Positions 28,761 through 37,989 of a DNA stretch of 64,000 nt are shown one piece after another (the first letter of the stretch is position 1; each line of letters starts with the position of its first letter). The notes below the pieces were generated by a model. That model saw only the letters and a list, made by a program, of their open reading frames with translations. It ran no database searches and was not told where the DNA came from. The stretch comes from Eubacteriales bacterium (lineage in GTDB: Bacteria; Bacillota; Clostridia; Oscillospirales; CAG-272), in NCBI GenBank assembly GCA_045121195.1, contig JBGVFO010000044.1, positions 3,899 through 67,898 on the forward strand. The letters are read 5' to 3'. Made by a program: the position numbers and the translations under genes.

Positions 28761-28896
28761 AATCATCCCTCCTGCCGCTATTATACCGCGTTTTGTGGAG
28801 CAGGTGTTATAAACATATTGCGTATTTTTATGTAAATCTTGCTTTTTTTCAAAAAATATGCTACAATGTAACCGAAAAGGAAGCGAGGGGTGAAAT

Positions 28897-29703
28897 ATGC
28901 GTATTTTATCTGTTAAGTACTCGGACAATCCGGTTCGGCTGAAGCGTCACTATCACGACGGTCATCAGATCCTGTACGTTGCGTCGGGAGCGGTGACGGT
29001 GATCATAGACGGGGAGGCGCATCGGGTAGAGGCTGGCTCACTGGTCATACTGAGCCGCTTTGAGGAGCATTCGATCCAGGTGGAGGCGGGGGAATACCGT
29101 CGCTATACGTTGCGTATTTCCTCCGAAGCATCTGCGAAATTTGCGGAGGATTATCTGCTGTCCTCGGTGCTTGTGAACCGTTCCTCGCGGTTCCGCCACG
29201 TGGTTGACGTGAGAGATATGCGGAATAAATTTGAAGGACTTCTTTCCGATATGGTTCTTGAGTTTGGAAAGGAGGGTGCGATGCGGGAGGAGATGCTGGA
29301 TCTTTACCTGAAGCAATTTTTCATTCTCCTGTATCGGTGCGCGCCCGATATCTTTCTGTCCGCGGTCAATCGGAATACTATGCTGGTTCGCGAGGTGCAG
29401 AGCCGTATGGAGCGGGAGTGCGGACAGCCCTTCTCCCTTGCCGAGCTGGCATCAGAGCTTCACGTAAGTGCCTCCTATTTTTCCCATCTTTTCAAGGACG
29501 TCACGGGATACGCCCCCATTGAATATCTGATGCTTTGCAGAATTTCTTCGGCAAAGCGATATCTCTGCGAAACCGATCTCTCCGTCAGAGAGCTCGTGGA
29601 GAGGTGCGGATTCGGCGATGAAAGCAATTTCAGCCGTACCTTCAAGGCAAAGACCTCGATGACGCCAACGGCATTTCGGCAAAAATTCCGCAGGGAACCA
29701 TAA
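28897..29703 (+). CDS. AraC-family transcriptional regulator (cupin sensor plus HTH)
   Basis: 268 aa. N-terminal cupin (HYHDGHQILYV), C-terminal AraC HTH (SASYFSHLFK ... GFGDESNFSRTFK). Divergent from the six-gene operon. Confidence 0.85.
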   Translation: MRILSVKYSDNPVRLKRHYHDGHQILYVASGAVTVIIDGEAHRVEAGSLVILSRFEEHSIQVEAGEYRRYTLRISSEASAKFAEDYLLSSVLVNRSSRFRHVVDVRDMRNKFEGLLSDMVLEFGKEGAMREEMLDLYLKQFFILLYRCAPDIFLSAVNRNTMLVREVQSRMERECGQPFSLAELASELHVSASYFSHLFKDVTGYAPIEYLMLCRISSAKRYLCETDLSVRELVERCGFGDESNFSRTFKAKTSMTPTAFRQKFRREP

Positions 29704-29712
29704 AATCAGCAA

Positions 29713-29749
29713 AAACGCTCTATGGAAGCAACCGTTCCACAGAGCGTTT
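29713..29749. terminator. hairpin between convergent genes (probable bidirectional terminator)
   Basis: AAACGCTCTATGGAA ... TTCCACAGAGCGTTT, one mismatch. Confidence 0.55.
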
Positions 29750-29754
29750 CGTTC

Positions 29755-31788
29755 TTATATATCCGCGTCCTTTACGTACTCGCTTCCGTGCTCGGTAATA
29801 AAGCGCTTCCGCGCCTCCAGATTGTCGCCAAGAAGGGTATCGAAAATTTCAAAGGTCTTCTGCGCGTCGGTTGTGGTGACGGCGATCAGACGGCGCGTTT
29901 CGGGATTCATGGTGGTCTTCCACATCATATCGGGCTCGTTCTCACCCAGCCCCTTGGAGCGCTGGAGTGTGTATTTCTTGCCCTCAAGCTTCTTCAGGAT
30001 CTCCGTCTTTTCAAACTCGTTGTAGGCGAAGTAGATATCGTCCTTTACCGTGATCTCAAACAGGGGGGATTCGGCGATGAACACCTTTCCCGCAGACAGG
30101 AGAGAGGGGAGCAGACGGTAGAAGATGGTGAGGAGAAGGGTTCGGATCTGGAAGCCGTCCTCGTCGGCATCGGTACAGATAATGATCTTGGACCAACGAA
30201 GATTTTCCATATCGAAGGCGGGCATATCGGTCTTGACCTTGCCGTGGATCTCCACGCCGCAGCCGATGACGCGAAGCAGATCGGTGATGATCTCGCTCTT
30301 GAAGATCTTGTCGTAGGTGCTCTTCAGACAGTTCAAGGTCTTTCCGCGAACGGGGATGATCGCCTGGTATTCCGCGTTACGTCCCAATTTACAGGACGAA
30401 AGCGCAGAGTCACCCTCCACGATGTAGAGCTCGCGGATGGCGGGGTCCTTGGAGCGGCAGTTGACGAATTTCTCCACGCGGTTGGCGATGTCGAGGGTAC
30501 CCGTCAGCTTCTTCTTGATGTTCAGTCTTGCGCTCTCGGCGGACTCGCGGCTTCTCTTGTTGATCAGGACCTGATTGGCGAACGCCTCGGCGTAGGTAGG
30601 ATTCTCGGTAAAGAAGATCTCAAGATTGGTCTTGATCGATTCGCACATTGCCTCGTAAATAAAGGCGTTTGTGATCGCCTTCTTGGTCTGGTTCTCGTAG
30701 GAGGCGATGGTGGAGGAGCTGTTGATGACGAGGATCAGGCAGTCGCTGATATCCACGAAAGTGATCTTAGACTCGGTCTTATTGTATTTTCCGTTGTTCT
30801 TGAGATATCGGTCAAGAGCGTAAACGAAGGCGATCTTTGCCGCCTTGTCGGGGGCGCCGCCGTGCTCCAGATAACTGGAGTTGTGGTAATATTCAATGGT
30901 GTTTTCGGTGTTGGAGATACAGAAGGAAAAATCAGCCTTCAGCTTATATTCAGGCTTGTCCTCGCGGTCGCGTCCCTTTGCCTCCAGATGCCAGGTGTAG
31001 GGAGGTGTCAGCGCCGACTCGCCCGCGATCTCGGTTACGTAATCGGTGATACCGTTTTCGTAGTAAAACTCTTGGGTCTCGAACTTTCCGTCTGCCTGCT
31101 CCAGGCGGAGGACAAAGCGGATTCCCGTGTTGACCACCGACTGACGGCGCATAGTTTCAATGAAAAATTCGGCGGGGATATTGATGTCAGTAAAGACCTC
31201 AATATCGGGGCGCCAGCGGATGGTGGTACCCGTGCGGCGATTGCGCTTATCCAAAAGCTCCTCGGAAAGCTCGGAGCACACCTCGCCCTTTTTGAAATGG
31301 ATGGAGCGAACGTAGGTGCCGTCGTAGGAGGTAACGTCCATAAATTCCGAGCTGTACTGGGTCGCGCAGGCGCCAAGACCGTTCAGACCCAGAGAGAACT
31401 CGTAGGAAGCACCCTCCTCGTTGTTGTCGTATTTACCGCCTGCGTAAAGCTCACAGTAAATGAGATCCCAGTTCCAACGTCCCTCCGCCTCGTTGTAGCC
31501 AAGGGGAACACCGCGTCCGTGGTCGTCAACCTCAATGGTATGGTCAGAAAAGGCAGTAACGGTGATCTCTTTTCCATAGCCCTCCTTCGCCTCGTCAACC
31601 GAGTTGGAGAGGATCTCAAAGAAGGAATGCTCGCAGCCCTCAAGTCCGTCCGAGCCGAAGATAACGCTGGGGCGTTTCCTGACACGGTCGGGACCCTTCA
31701 GCGCCTTGATGCTTTGATCGTTGTAGCTTGCTTTTGCTTTTTCTGTGTTCTTTACTGCCACGGTAACAGTTCCTTTCATGGGTTTCAC
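29755..31788 (-). CDS. type IIA DNA topoisomerase subunit B (GyrB/ParE family)
   Basis: 677 aa. GHKL ATPase (EILSNSVDE ... DDHGRGVP ... GLNGLGA), Toprim (ELYIVEGDSA ... IIICTDADEDG) and a C-terminal tail. No A subunit adjacent. Confidence 0.85.
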   Translation of the reverse strand: MKPMKGTVTVAVKNTEKAKASYNDQSIKALKGPDRVRKRPSVIFGSDGLEGCEHSFFEILSNSVDEAKEGYGKEITVTAFSDHTIEVDDHGRGVPLGYNEAEGRWNWDLIYCELYAGGKYDNNEEGASYEFSLGLNGLGACATQYSSEFMDVTSYDGTYVRSIHFKKGEVCSELSEELLDKRNRRTGTTIRWRPDIEVFTDINIPAEFFIETMRRQSVVNTGIRFVLRLEQADGKFETQEFYYENGITDYVTEIAGESALTPPYTWHLEAKGRDREDKPEYKLKADFSFCISNTENTIEYYHNSSYLEHGGAPDKAAKIAFVYALDRYLKNNGKYNKTESKITFVDISDCLILVINSSSTIASYENQTKKAITNAFIYEAMCESIKTNLEIFFTENPTYAEAFANQVLINKRSRESAESARLNIKKKLTGTLDIANRVEKFVNCRSKDPAIRELYIVEGDSALSSCKLGRNAEYQAIIPVRGKTLNCLKSTYDKIFKSEIITDLLRVIGCGVEIHGKVKTDMPAFDMENLRWSKIIICTDADEDGFQIRTLLLTIFYRLLPSLLSAGKVFIAESPLFEITVKDDIYFAYNEFEKTEILKKLEGKKYTLQRSKGLGENEPDMMWKTTMNPETRRLIAVTTTDAQKTFEIFDTLLGDNLEARKRFITEHGSEYVKDADI

Positions 31789-31955
31789 AATATCTTGTGT
31801 GTATCATTCCTATTATAGCAAATATTTTCCGTTTTGAAAAGGGGGTATCGGTAAAAAACTTTCGGTTTTTTGAAAATAATTTCCCGATATTTGTTGCAAG
31901 TTTGAGGAAAATATTATATAATAAAAAAGTATATATTCGGAGGGAGGTTGACCGT

Positions 31956-33377
31956 TTGAAAAACATACAGCTTCTTGAAAAAATAAAAGAGAGTAAATGC
32001 GCCGTGCTTGGCTTCGGCGTTTCCAACCGTCCCTTGCTCACCTTTTTGCTGGAGCTTGGCGTCAAGGATATTACGGTGCACGATAAAAAGAGTGTCCGTG
32101 AGCTTGGCGACGAGGCAGAGCGGCTGATGGAGCAGGGAGTGAGATTTGTTACGGGTGACGATTATCTTGCCGTGATCGACGCGGAGGTGATCTTCCGCTC
32201 GCCCGGGATCCGCGACGATTTGGAGGGAATTGCCCGCGCCGTGAAGGACGGAGCGTGGCTGACCTCGGAGATGGAGCTGTTTTTCGCGCTCACGCCCGCC
32301 ACGGTGATCGGTATTACGGGTAGCGACGGAAAAACGACGACCACCACCCTCTGTGCCAAGATCCTTGAGGAGGAGCTGACGGGGAAGGATGCCCGTGTTT
32401 ATCTAGGCGGTAACATTGGAGAGCCTCTTCTCCCCCACGTAAAAAAGATGACCGAGCGGGATTTTGCCGTGGTAGAGCTGTCAAGCTTTCAGCTTAAGAC
32501 CTTCTGTCAATCGCCCTCCCGTGCCGCCATTACCAATCTGTCGCCCAATCATTTGGACTGGCACACGGGTATGGAGGAGTACGTAGAATCCAAATTCAAT
32601 ATTTGCAGGTATCCCGAGCTTACCCGACTGGTTACCAACGCGGAGAACGAAACCACGTTGCGGCTGGCGGAGCGGTTGGGTTCCCGCGTTACGCTGTTTT
32701 CCTCCAAGCGGAGCGACTATCGGGAGATCTGCGGCGATGCTTCGGGACGCAAGGCGGTATTTGAGCGCGACGGCGAGATCGTCCTCAGCGACGGAACGGT
32801 AGAGCGCATCATTATGAAGACCTCGGATATCAAGCTTCTCGGCCGTCATAACGTGGAAAATTATATGACGGCGATCGGTATGCTTGACGGATGGGTGACG
32901 GCAAAGAGCGTCCGTAACGTGGCGCGTACCTTTGGCGGTGTGGCTCACCGAATGGAGTTCGTTCGCACCCTTGACGGCGTTTCCTATTATAACAGCTCTA
33001 TTGACTCCAGCCCCACGAGAACGGCGGCGGCGATCTCTATGGTGGACCGCAAGCCTATCGTGATCTGCGGCGGCTATGATAAGCACATTCCGTTCGCCCC
33101 TTTGGGCAAAACACTTTGCGAGCGGGCGAAGGGCGTGGTGCTTACGGGTGCTACCGCGACGGCAATAAAAGAGGCGATCGAAAACGCCGAGGGCTATGGC
33201 GAGAGCGGACTTTCCGTTGTGAGCTGTCCCGTATTCGAGGATGCGGTCAATGCCGCAAGACAAATGGCGAAGGAAGGGGATATCGTGATGCTTTCTCCCG
33301 CTTGCGCAAGCTTTGACGCCTTCCGCAATTTTGAGGAGCGGGGCGAGCGCTTTAAGGATATTGTAAATCGTTTTTAA
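31956..33377 (+). CDS. murD: UDP-N-acetylmuramoyl-L-alanine--D-glutamate ligase
   Basis: GITGSDGKTTTT P-loop and overall Mur ligase layout. TTG 31956 lies 8 nt after GGAGGGAGG. The track start at 31797 falls in the intergenic promoter region. Confidence 0.85.
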   Translation: MKNIQLLEKIKESKCAVLGFGVSNRPLLTFLLELGVKDITVHDKKSVRELGDEAERLMEQGVRFVTGDDYLAVIDAEVIFRSPGIRDDLEGIARAVKDGAWLTSEMELFFALTPATVIGITGSDGKTTTTTLCAKILEEELTGKDARVYLGGNIGEPLLPHVKKMTERDFAVVELSSFQLKTFCQSPSRAAITNLSPNHLDWHTGMEEYVESKFNICRYPELTRLVTNAENETTLRLAERLGSRVTLFSSKRSDYREICGDASGRKAVFERDGEIVLSDGTVERIIMKTSDIKLLGRHNVENYMTAIGMLDGWVTAKSVRNVARTFGGVAHRMEFVRTLDGVSYYNSSIDSSPTRTAAAISMVDRKPIVICGGYDKHIPFAPLGKTLCERAKGVVLTGATATAIKEAIENAEGYGESGLSVVSCPVFEDAVNAARQMAKEGDIVMLSPACASFDAFRNFEERGERFKDIVNRF

Positions 33378-33395
33378 GAGGAAAGAGAAGACACT

Positions 33396-34652
33396 ATGGA
33401 TTTTTCGAAAAAAATAAAAGGATTGGTCTGCGAGGCGGAAGGCAAGCTTGCCGCGCGCTTTGCGGAGATCGAGGCGATCTCCCTTGCCAATACGGCGCGC
33501 GTGATGGACGCTTTCCGCGAGCATCGCGTCAGTGAGGCAATGTTCAATCCCACGAGCGGATACGGATACGACGATAAGGGTCGGGATACCCTCGACGAGA
33601 TCTGGGCAGAGGTGATGGGTGCCGAGGCGGCATTCGTGCGCCACAATATCGTCAGCGGCACTCATGCTCTTACCATCGCGCTTTTCGGTCTGCTTCGCCC
33701 CAATGATATTATGCTTTCCATTGCGGGAAAGCCGTACGATACGCTGGAGGAGGTCATCGGCATTGCGGGAACGCCGGGGGACGGATCGCTTCTCGATTTT
33801 GGTGTGACCTACTCCCAGATCGATCTGCTTGAAGACGGCTCCTTCGATCTGCCGAGGATCGAGAAAGCACTTCACGAAAACGGAAACCGCGTCAAGGTGG
33901 TCTTTATTCAGCGCTCCAAGGGATATCTGAATCGCAAGACCCTCAGCGTTGACGAGATCGGTGAAGCGGTGAAATTTGTGAAGGCAATTTTACCCGATTG
34001 CTACGTTGTGGTTGATAATTGCTACGGCGAATTTGTAGAAGAAAAGGAGCCGACTGCGGTGGGCGCCGATATGATCGTCGGCTCCCTGATCAAGAACCCC
34101 GGCGGCGGAATGGCGGAAACGGGCGGCTATATCGCGGGAACCAAGCGCGCCGTCGAGCTTGCCTCTTACCGCTTGACCTCGGTTGGCGTTGGCTGTGAAA
34201 CAGGTGCCACCTTCGGCTTCAACAAGAGCCTTTACAAGGGACTTTTCTATGCGCCTCACACCGTGGCGCAGGCGATCAAGACTGCACACCTCGCCGCCTA
34301 TATGTTTGAGGCGCTGGGATATGACGTGGAGCCCCGATATGACGAGCCCCGTCACGACATTATTCAGAGTGTGATCACCCATTCTCCCGAGGCGCTTTGC
34401 GCCCTTTGCCGCGGCATTCAGAAGGGCTCCCCCGTGGATGCCTATGTGACCCCCGAGCCGTGGGCAATGCCGGGATACAGCGATCCCGTCATTATGGCGG
34501 CGGGTGCGTTTACCCAAGGCTCATCCATTGAGCTTTCGGCAGACGGACCGCTTCGCGAGCCGTACACTGCCTTCCTGCAGGGCGGTCTTACCTATGAAAG
34601 CGGCAAGATCGGCATTATGTGCGCGGCTGAGGAGATGGCAAAGCTGTCATAG
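33396..34652 (+). CDS. PLP-dependent Cys/Met-metabolism family protein (methionine gamma-lyase-like / YnbB-type)
   Basis: 418 aa. SGYGYDDKGRDTLD ... SGTHA ... SLIKNPGG resembles the aluminium-resistance/YnbB group. Confidence 0.65.
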   Translation: MDFSKKIKGLVCEAEGKLAARFAEIEAISLANTARVMDAFREHRVSEAMFNPTSGYGYDDKGRDTLDEIWAEVMGAEAAFVRHNIVSGTHALTIALFGLLRPNDIMLSIAGKPYDTLEEVIGIAGTPGDGSLLDFGVTYSQIDLLEDGSFDLPRIEKALHENGNRVKVVFIQRSKGYLNRKTLSVDEIGEAVKFVKAILPDCYVVVDNCYGEFVEEKEPTAVGADMIVGSLIKNPGGGMAETGGYIAGTKRAVELASYRLTSVGVGCETGATFGFNKSLYKGLFYAPHTVAQAIKTAHLAAYMFEALGYDVEPRYDEPRHDIIQSVITHSPEALCALCRGIQKGSPVDAYVTPEPWAMPGYSDPVIMAAGAFTQGSSIELSADGPLREPYTAFLQGGLTYESGKIGIMCAAEEMAKLS

Positions 34653-34741
34653 CTCCGATTTGTTTACAAAAAGGTAGTAGACAAAAGACAGAGTTTTTGG
34701 TATAATACTTTAGAACCATAAAAGAAAGGTTGGTAAATCCA

Positions 34742-35746
34742 ATGAAAAAGATTCTTGCAGCACTTCTCGTGCTTATTATGCTGGTGGGAGCGGTCGGATG
34801 CTCCTCGGATAAGGCTCCGGAAGGATATATGCTGGTCTCTCTTGAGGACGAGATCTTCAATCTTTACGTTCCCAAAACGTGGCAGAACAACGCCTCAAGC
34901 GGCATTTCCAGCGCTTACTACGCCCAGGGAAGCGGCATTATCGTAAGCGCCACCTCCCAGCGGTCTGGCGTTCTGGGCGTTGAGCTTTCCGATTATATCA
35001 ACGCGGTGCTTGACAGCTATGAGAGCACTCTTGTGGATTACGAGCAGGTTACCGAGCCCAAGAGCACAACGCTGGATTCCTTCGCGGCATATACCTTTGA
35101 CTACAAGGCAAAGGTGGCGGACAAGACGGTTCTGTTCCGTTGCGTGATCGCCAAGAATGAAAATATGTTCACGACCCTGACCTACTGCGCGCCCGAGGAG
35201 GAGTTTGAGTCCCTTCTTTCGGACTTTGAGGGAATCGTTGACGCGTTCCGCTTCCGCAAATTCGAGGTCGAGACCGACGAGCCTTTTATCTTCAAGGATG
35301 AGCATACCCCCGATGGCTTTAAGATGGCGTCCGGAAGCAAGTACGAGTTCCGCTTCTTCGTTCCCGAAAGCTGGGACGTTGATGTAAGGGCAGCAATTCC
35401 TTCCGCCAGCTATTCGGAAACCGAGCTTTCCAACGTCAGTCTGAACTCCTTTATGGTAATGGAGAACATCAAGAACGGTAAGCAGTACTGGGAGGCGTTC
35501 AAGGAAAACTACGACTATGAGCTGACTGAGATTTCGAGAAACGAAAACGCCAAGATGGGCGGCTTCGACGCGTTTGAGGTAGAGTACGTTTCGAAAATCG
35601 CGGACTTTGAGTACCATATCAAGCAGGTGTTCATCACCACCTCTAATATGATCTATATTTTCACCTATACCTCCGACGCGGAGAATTACGCGCTCCATAT
35701 GGACGACGTGAATTCGATGATCGAGGTCTTCGAGTTCAAGAAATAA
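34742..35746 (+). CDS. putative lipoprotein, function unknown
   Basis: MKKILAALLVLIMLVGAVGCSS is a signal peptide with a lipobox (VGAVGC). Confidence 0.65.
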   Translation: MKKILAALLVLIMLVGAVGCSSDKAPEGYMLVSLEDEIFNLYVPKTWQNNASSGISSAYYAQGSGIIVSATSQRSGVLGVELSDYINAVLDSYESTLVDYEQVTEPKSTTLDSFAAYTFDYKAKVADKTVLFRCVIAKNENMFTTLTYCAPEEEFESLLSDFEGIVDAFRFRKFEVETDEPFIFKDEHTPDGFKMASGSKYEFRFFVPESWDVDVRAAIPSASYSETELSNVSLNSFMVMENIKNGKQYWEAFKENYDYELTEISRNENAKMGGFDAFEVEYVSKIADFEYHIKQVFITTSNMIYIFTYTSDAENYALHMDDVNSMIEVFEFKK

Positions 35747-35758
35747 AATACCGACGCG

Positions 35759-36925
35759 ATGAAAGAGATCTATCTTGACAACAGCGCCACAACGCCGCTT
35801 TGCACGGAGGCTATCGACGCGATGACCGAGGCGATGGCGGTGTACGGCAATCCCTCGTCCCTCCATTCGGTAGGACTGGCGGCAGAGCGTCTGTTGGATC
35901 GCGCAAGAGAGGCCATTGGAAGTGCGCTCGGGGTTCGGGTCATGAAGCCGGGGCAGTTGATCTTCACCTCCTGCGGGACCGAGGCAACGAACCTTGCGAT
36001 CCGCGGGTGCGTATACGCCAAGACAAGACGGGGTGCCAATAAGATCATTACCACCGATTCCGAGCATCCCGCCACGGAAAATACCCTTCACGCCCTGGAG
36101 TCGGACGGTTTCCACGTTGTTCGGATCGCCACCCGAGGCGGCGTGCTGGATATGGCGCAGGTAGAGAGGGAATTGGACGCGGAGACCCTGATGGTAACGA
36201 TGATGCTCGTGAACAACGAAACAGGTGCGCGGTACGATCTGGAAAGGGTATTTGCGTTAGCAAAGCAGAAAAATCCTCAGGTCGTTACCCACTGTGACGC
36301 GATCCAGGGCTTTATGAAATGCAAATTTACCCCCGCTTCTCTCGGTGCCGATCTTATCAGCATCAGTGCCCACAAGGTTCACGGACCCAAGGGCGTGGGC
36401 GCGTTATACGTGAGCGCGGACGTTTTGAAGCAGAGAAGGCTGACCCCCATTCTGCACGGCGGCGGTCAGGAATTCGGTTTCCGTTCGGGAACCGAAAATG
36501 TCATCGGAATTACAGGCTTCGGTGCGGCGGTCAAAGCGGTGTTGCCCACACTGGGGGAAAGCATTGCGAAAATGGCGGCGCTTCGGGAATATACGGTTCT
36601 GAAGCTGTCAGCGCTTGACGTGCGCTTGAATATTCCGCTTGGAGCTGCGGCACCGCATATTATCAATTTCACGTTGCCCAACATCAAGAGTGAAACGATG
36701 CTCCACTATTTATCGGGAGAGGGCGTGTTCGTTTCCAGCGGCTCTGCCTGCTCCTCCCATTCCCGTGAGCCAAGCAGAGCACTGACGGCGTTCGGTCTTT
36801 CGGCACAGGATGCCGATTGCTCGATCCGCGTCAGCCTTTCGGCGGAAAATACCGAGGCGGATATCGATACGTTTATTGAGCGCCTTCGCAACGGACTTTG
36901 TGTTCTGGTAAGAACCAAGCGCTAA
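35759..36925 (+). CDS. cysteine desulfurase (NifS/IscS class V aminotransferase)
   Basis: 388 aa. LDNSATTP ... SAHKVHGPKGVGALY (PLP lysine) ... SSGSACSS (active-site Cys). Confidence 0.85.
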   Translation: MKEIYLDNSATTPLCTEAIDAMTEAMAVYGNPSSLHSVGLAAERLLDRAREAIGSALGVRVMKPGQLIFTSCGTEATNLAIRGCVYAKTRRGANKIITTDSEHPATENTLHALESDGFHVVRIATRGGVLDMAQVERELDAETLMVTMMLVNNETGARYDLERVFALAKQKNPQVVTHCDAIQGFMKCKFTPASLGADLISISAHKVHGPKGVGALYVSADVLKQRRLTPILHGGGQEFGFRSGTENVIGITGFGAAVKAVLPTLGESIAKMAALREYTVLKLSALDVRLNIPLGAAAPHIINFTLPNIKSETMLHYLSGEGVFVSSGSACSSHSREPSRALTAFGLSAQDADCSIRVSLSAENTEADIDTFIERLRNGLCVLVRTKR

Positions 36926-36926
36926 A

Positions 36927-36970
36927 AAGAAAAGACGGAAGCAACCCTTCGGTTGCTTCCGTCTTTTTTA
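36927..36970. terminator. bidirectional intrinsic terminator
   Basis: AGACGGAAGCAACC-cttc-GGTTGCTTCCGTCT (14 bp) flanked by an A-run and a T-run. Confidence 0.8.
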
Positions 36971-37831
36971 TTATTTCGTCGCTTCATAAAGCCTGTCGGC
37001 AAGATCAATGAACATATTGACGTCCAGCTTTTCTCCGCGGATGTCGGGGCGGTGACCGCCTGCGGCGATCGCGTCGGCAAGCTGCTCCTTCGGGATCTCG
37101 GGGAAGGCGAAGGACAGGGCGTTCAGAAGGGTCTTGCGTCGTTGCTCAAACGCTGCCTTGATGACCTTGAAAAAGAGTGCCTCGTCAAGCGGCTTTCTCG
37201 GCGGCTCCTTGTAAAGCTTGATGCGAACCACGCTGGAGTTGACCTTGGGCGGGGGAACGAATCTGTCGGCGGGAACGGTAAACAGCTTTTCCGCTTCTCC
37301 GTAATAGGCAAGAACGGCGGTGATCGCCCCGCAGTCGCGGCTGCCCGGCTTGGCACAAAGTCGGTCTGCCACCTCGGATTGGATCATCAGGGTGATGTAA
37401 TCAAAGGGGAGGCGAGATTCCAACAGCTTCATCAAAATCGGCGTGGTGATATAATAGGGAATGTTGGCGCAGACCGAAACGCCCTCCGCAAAGAAGGGAG
37501 CAAGGATCGACTCAAGGTCTGCCTTCATCACGTCCTCATTGATGACGGTTACATTTTTGTAGCTGTCCAGCGTATAGGAGAGGACAGGGATCAGTCCCTT
37601 GTCAATTTCCAGGGAAATAACACGCTCGTAGCGCTCTGCGAGAGCGGCGGTCAGGGTTCCGATGCCGGGACCGATCTCAAGAATGGTCTTCGAGTCGCCG
37701 TTACAGCAATAGTCGGCAATGTCTTCGACCACCATTCTGTCGGTGAGAAAGTTTTGCCCGAACTCCTTGTGAAATTTGATGCCGTAGACCGACATGATCT
37801 GTTTTATGGTTTTAATATCGCAAAGATTCAT
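36971..37831 (-). CDS. rsmA: 16S rRNA (adenine1518/1519-N6)-dimethyltransferase
   Basis: FGQNFL, LEIGPGIGTLT and NIPYYITT motifs. ATG 37831 has better SD spacing than 37840. Confidence 0.9.
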   Translation of the reverse strand: MNLCDIKTIKQIMSVYGIKFHKEFGQNFLTDRMVVEDIADYCCNGDSKTILEIGPGIGTLTAALAERYERVISLEIDKGLIPVLSYTLDSYKNVTVINEDVMKADLESILAPFFAEGVSVCANIPYYITTPILMKLLESRLPFDYITLMIQSEVADRLCAKPGSRDCGAITAVLAYYGEAEKLFTVPADRFVPPPKVNSSVVRIKLYKEPPRKPLDEALFFKVIKAAFEQRRKTLLNALSFAFPEIPKEQLADAIAAGGHRPDIRGEKLDVNMFIDLADRLYEATK

Positions 37832-37989
37832 TGATTTCATCCTTTATTATGTTCTTTTTTTATTCTATCACAAATTTCCGAGAAATGCAACAGCAAATAT
37901 TTTGGCGCAAAAATCGCAAGATACGTCTTGAAATATTGAAAAAAAACTGCTATAATGGTGAAAGATTATCATGAGGAAGGAGAAGCGGT

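Noticed and set aside
28761-28928. 56-codon N-terminal extension of the OYE-type reductase
   Set aside because: It has no SD, overlaps the divergent AraC start region, and the AGGAGGG SD sits in front of ATG 28760.
29722-31818. 698-aa plus-strand ORF
   Set aside because: It is the antisense shadow of the GyrB/ParE-family gene. It has no motifs and no RBS.
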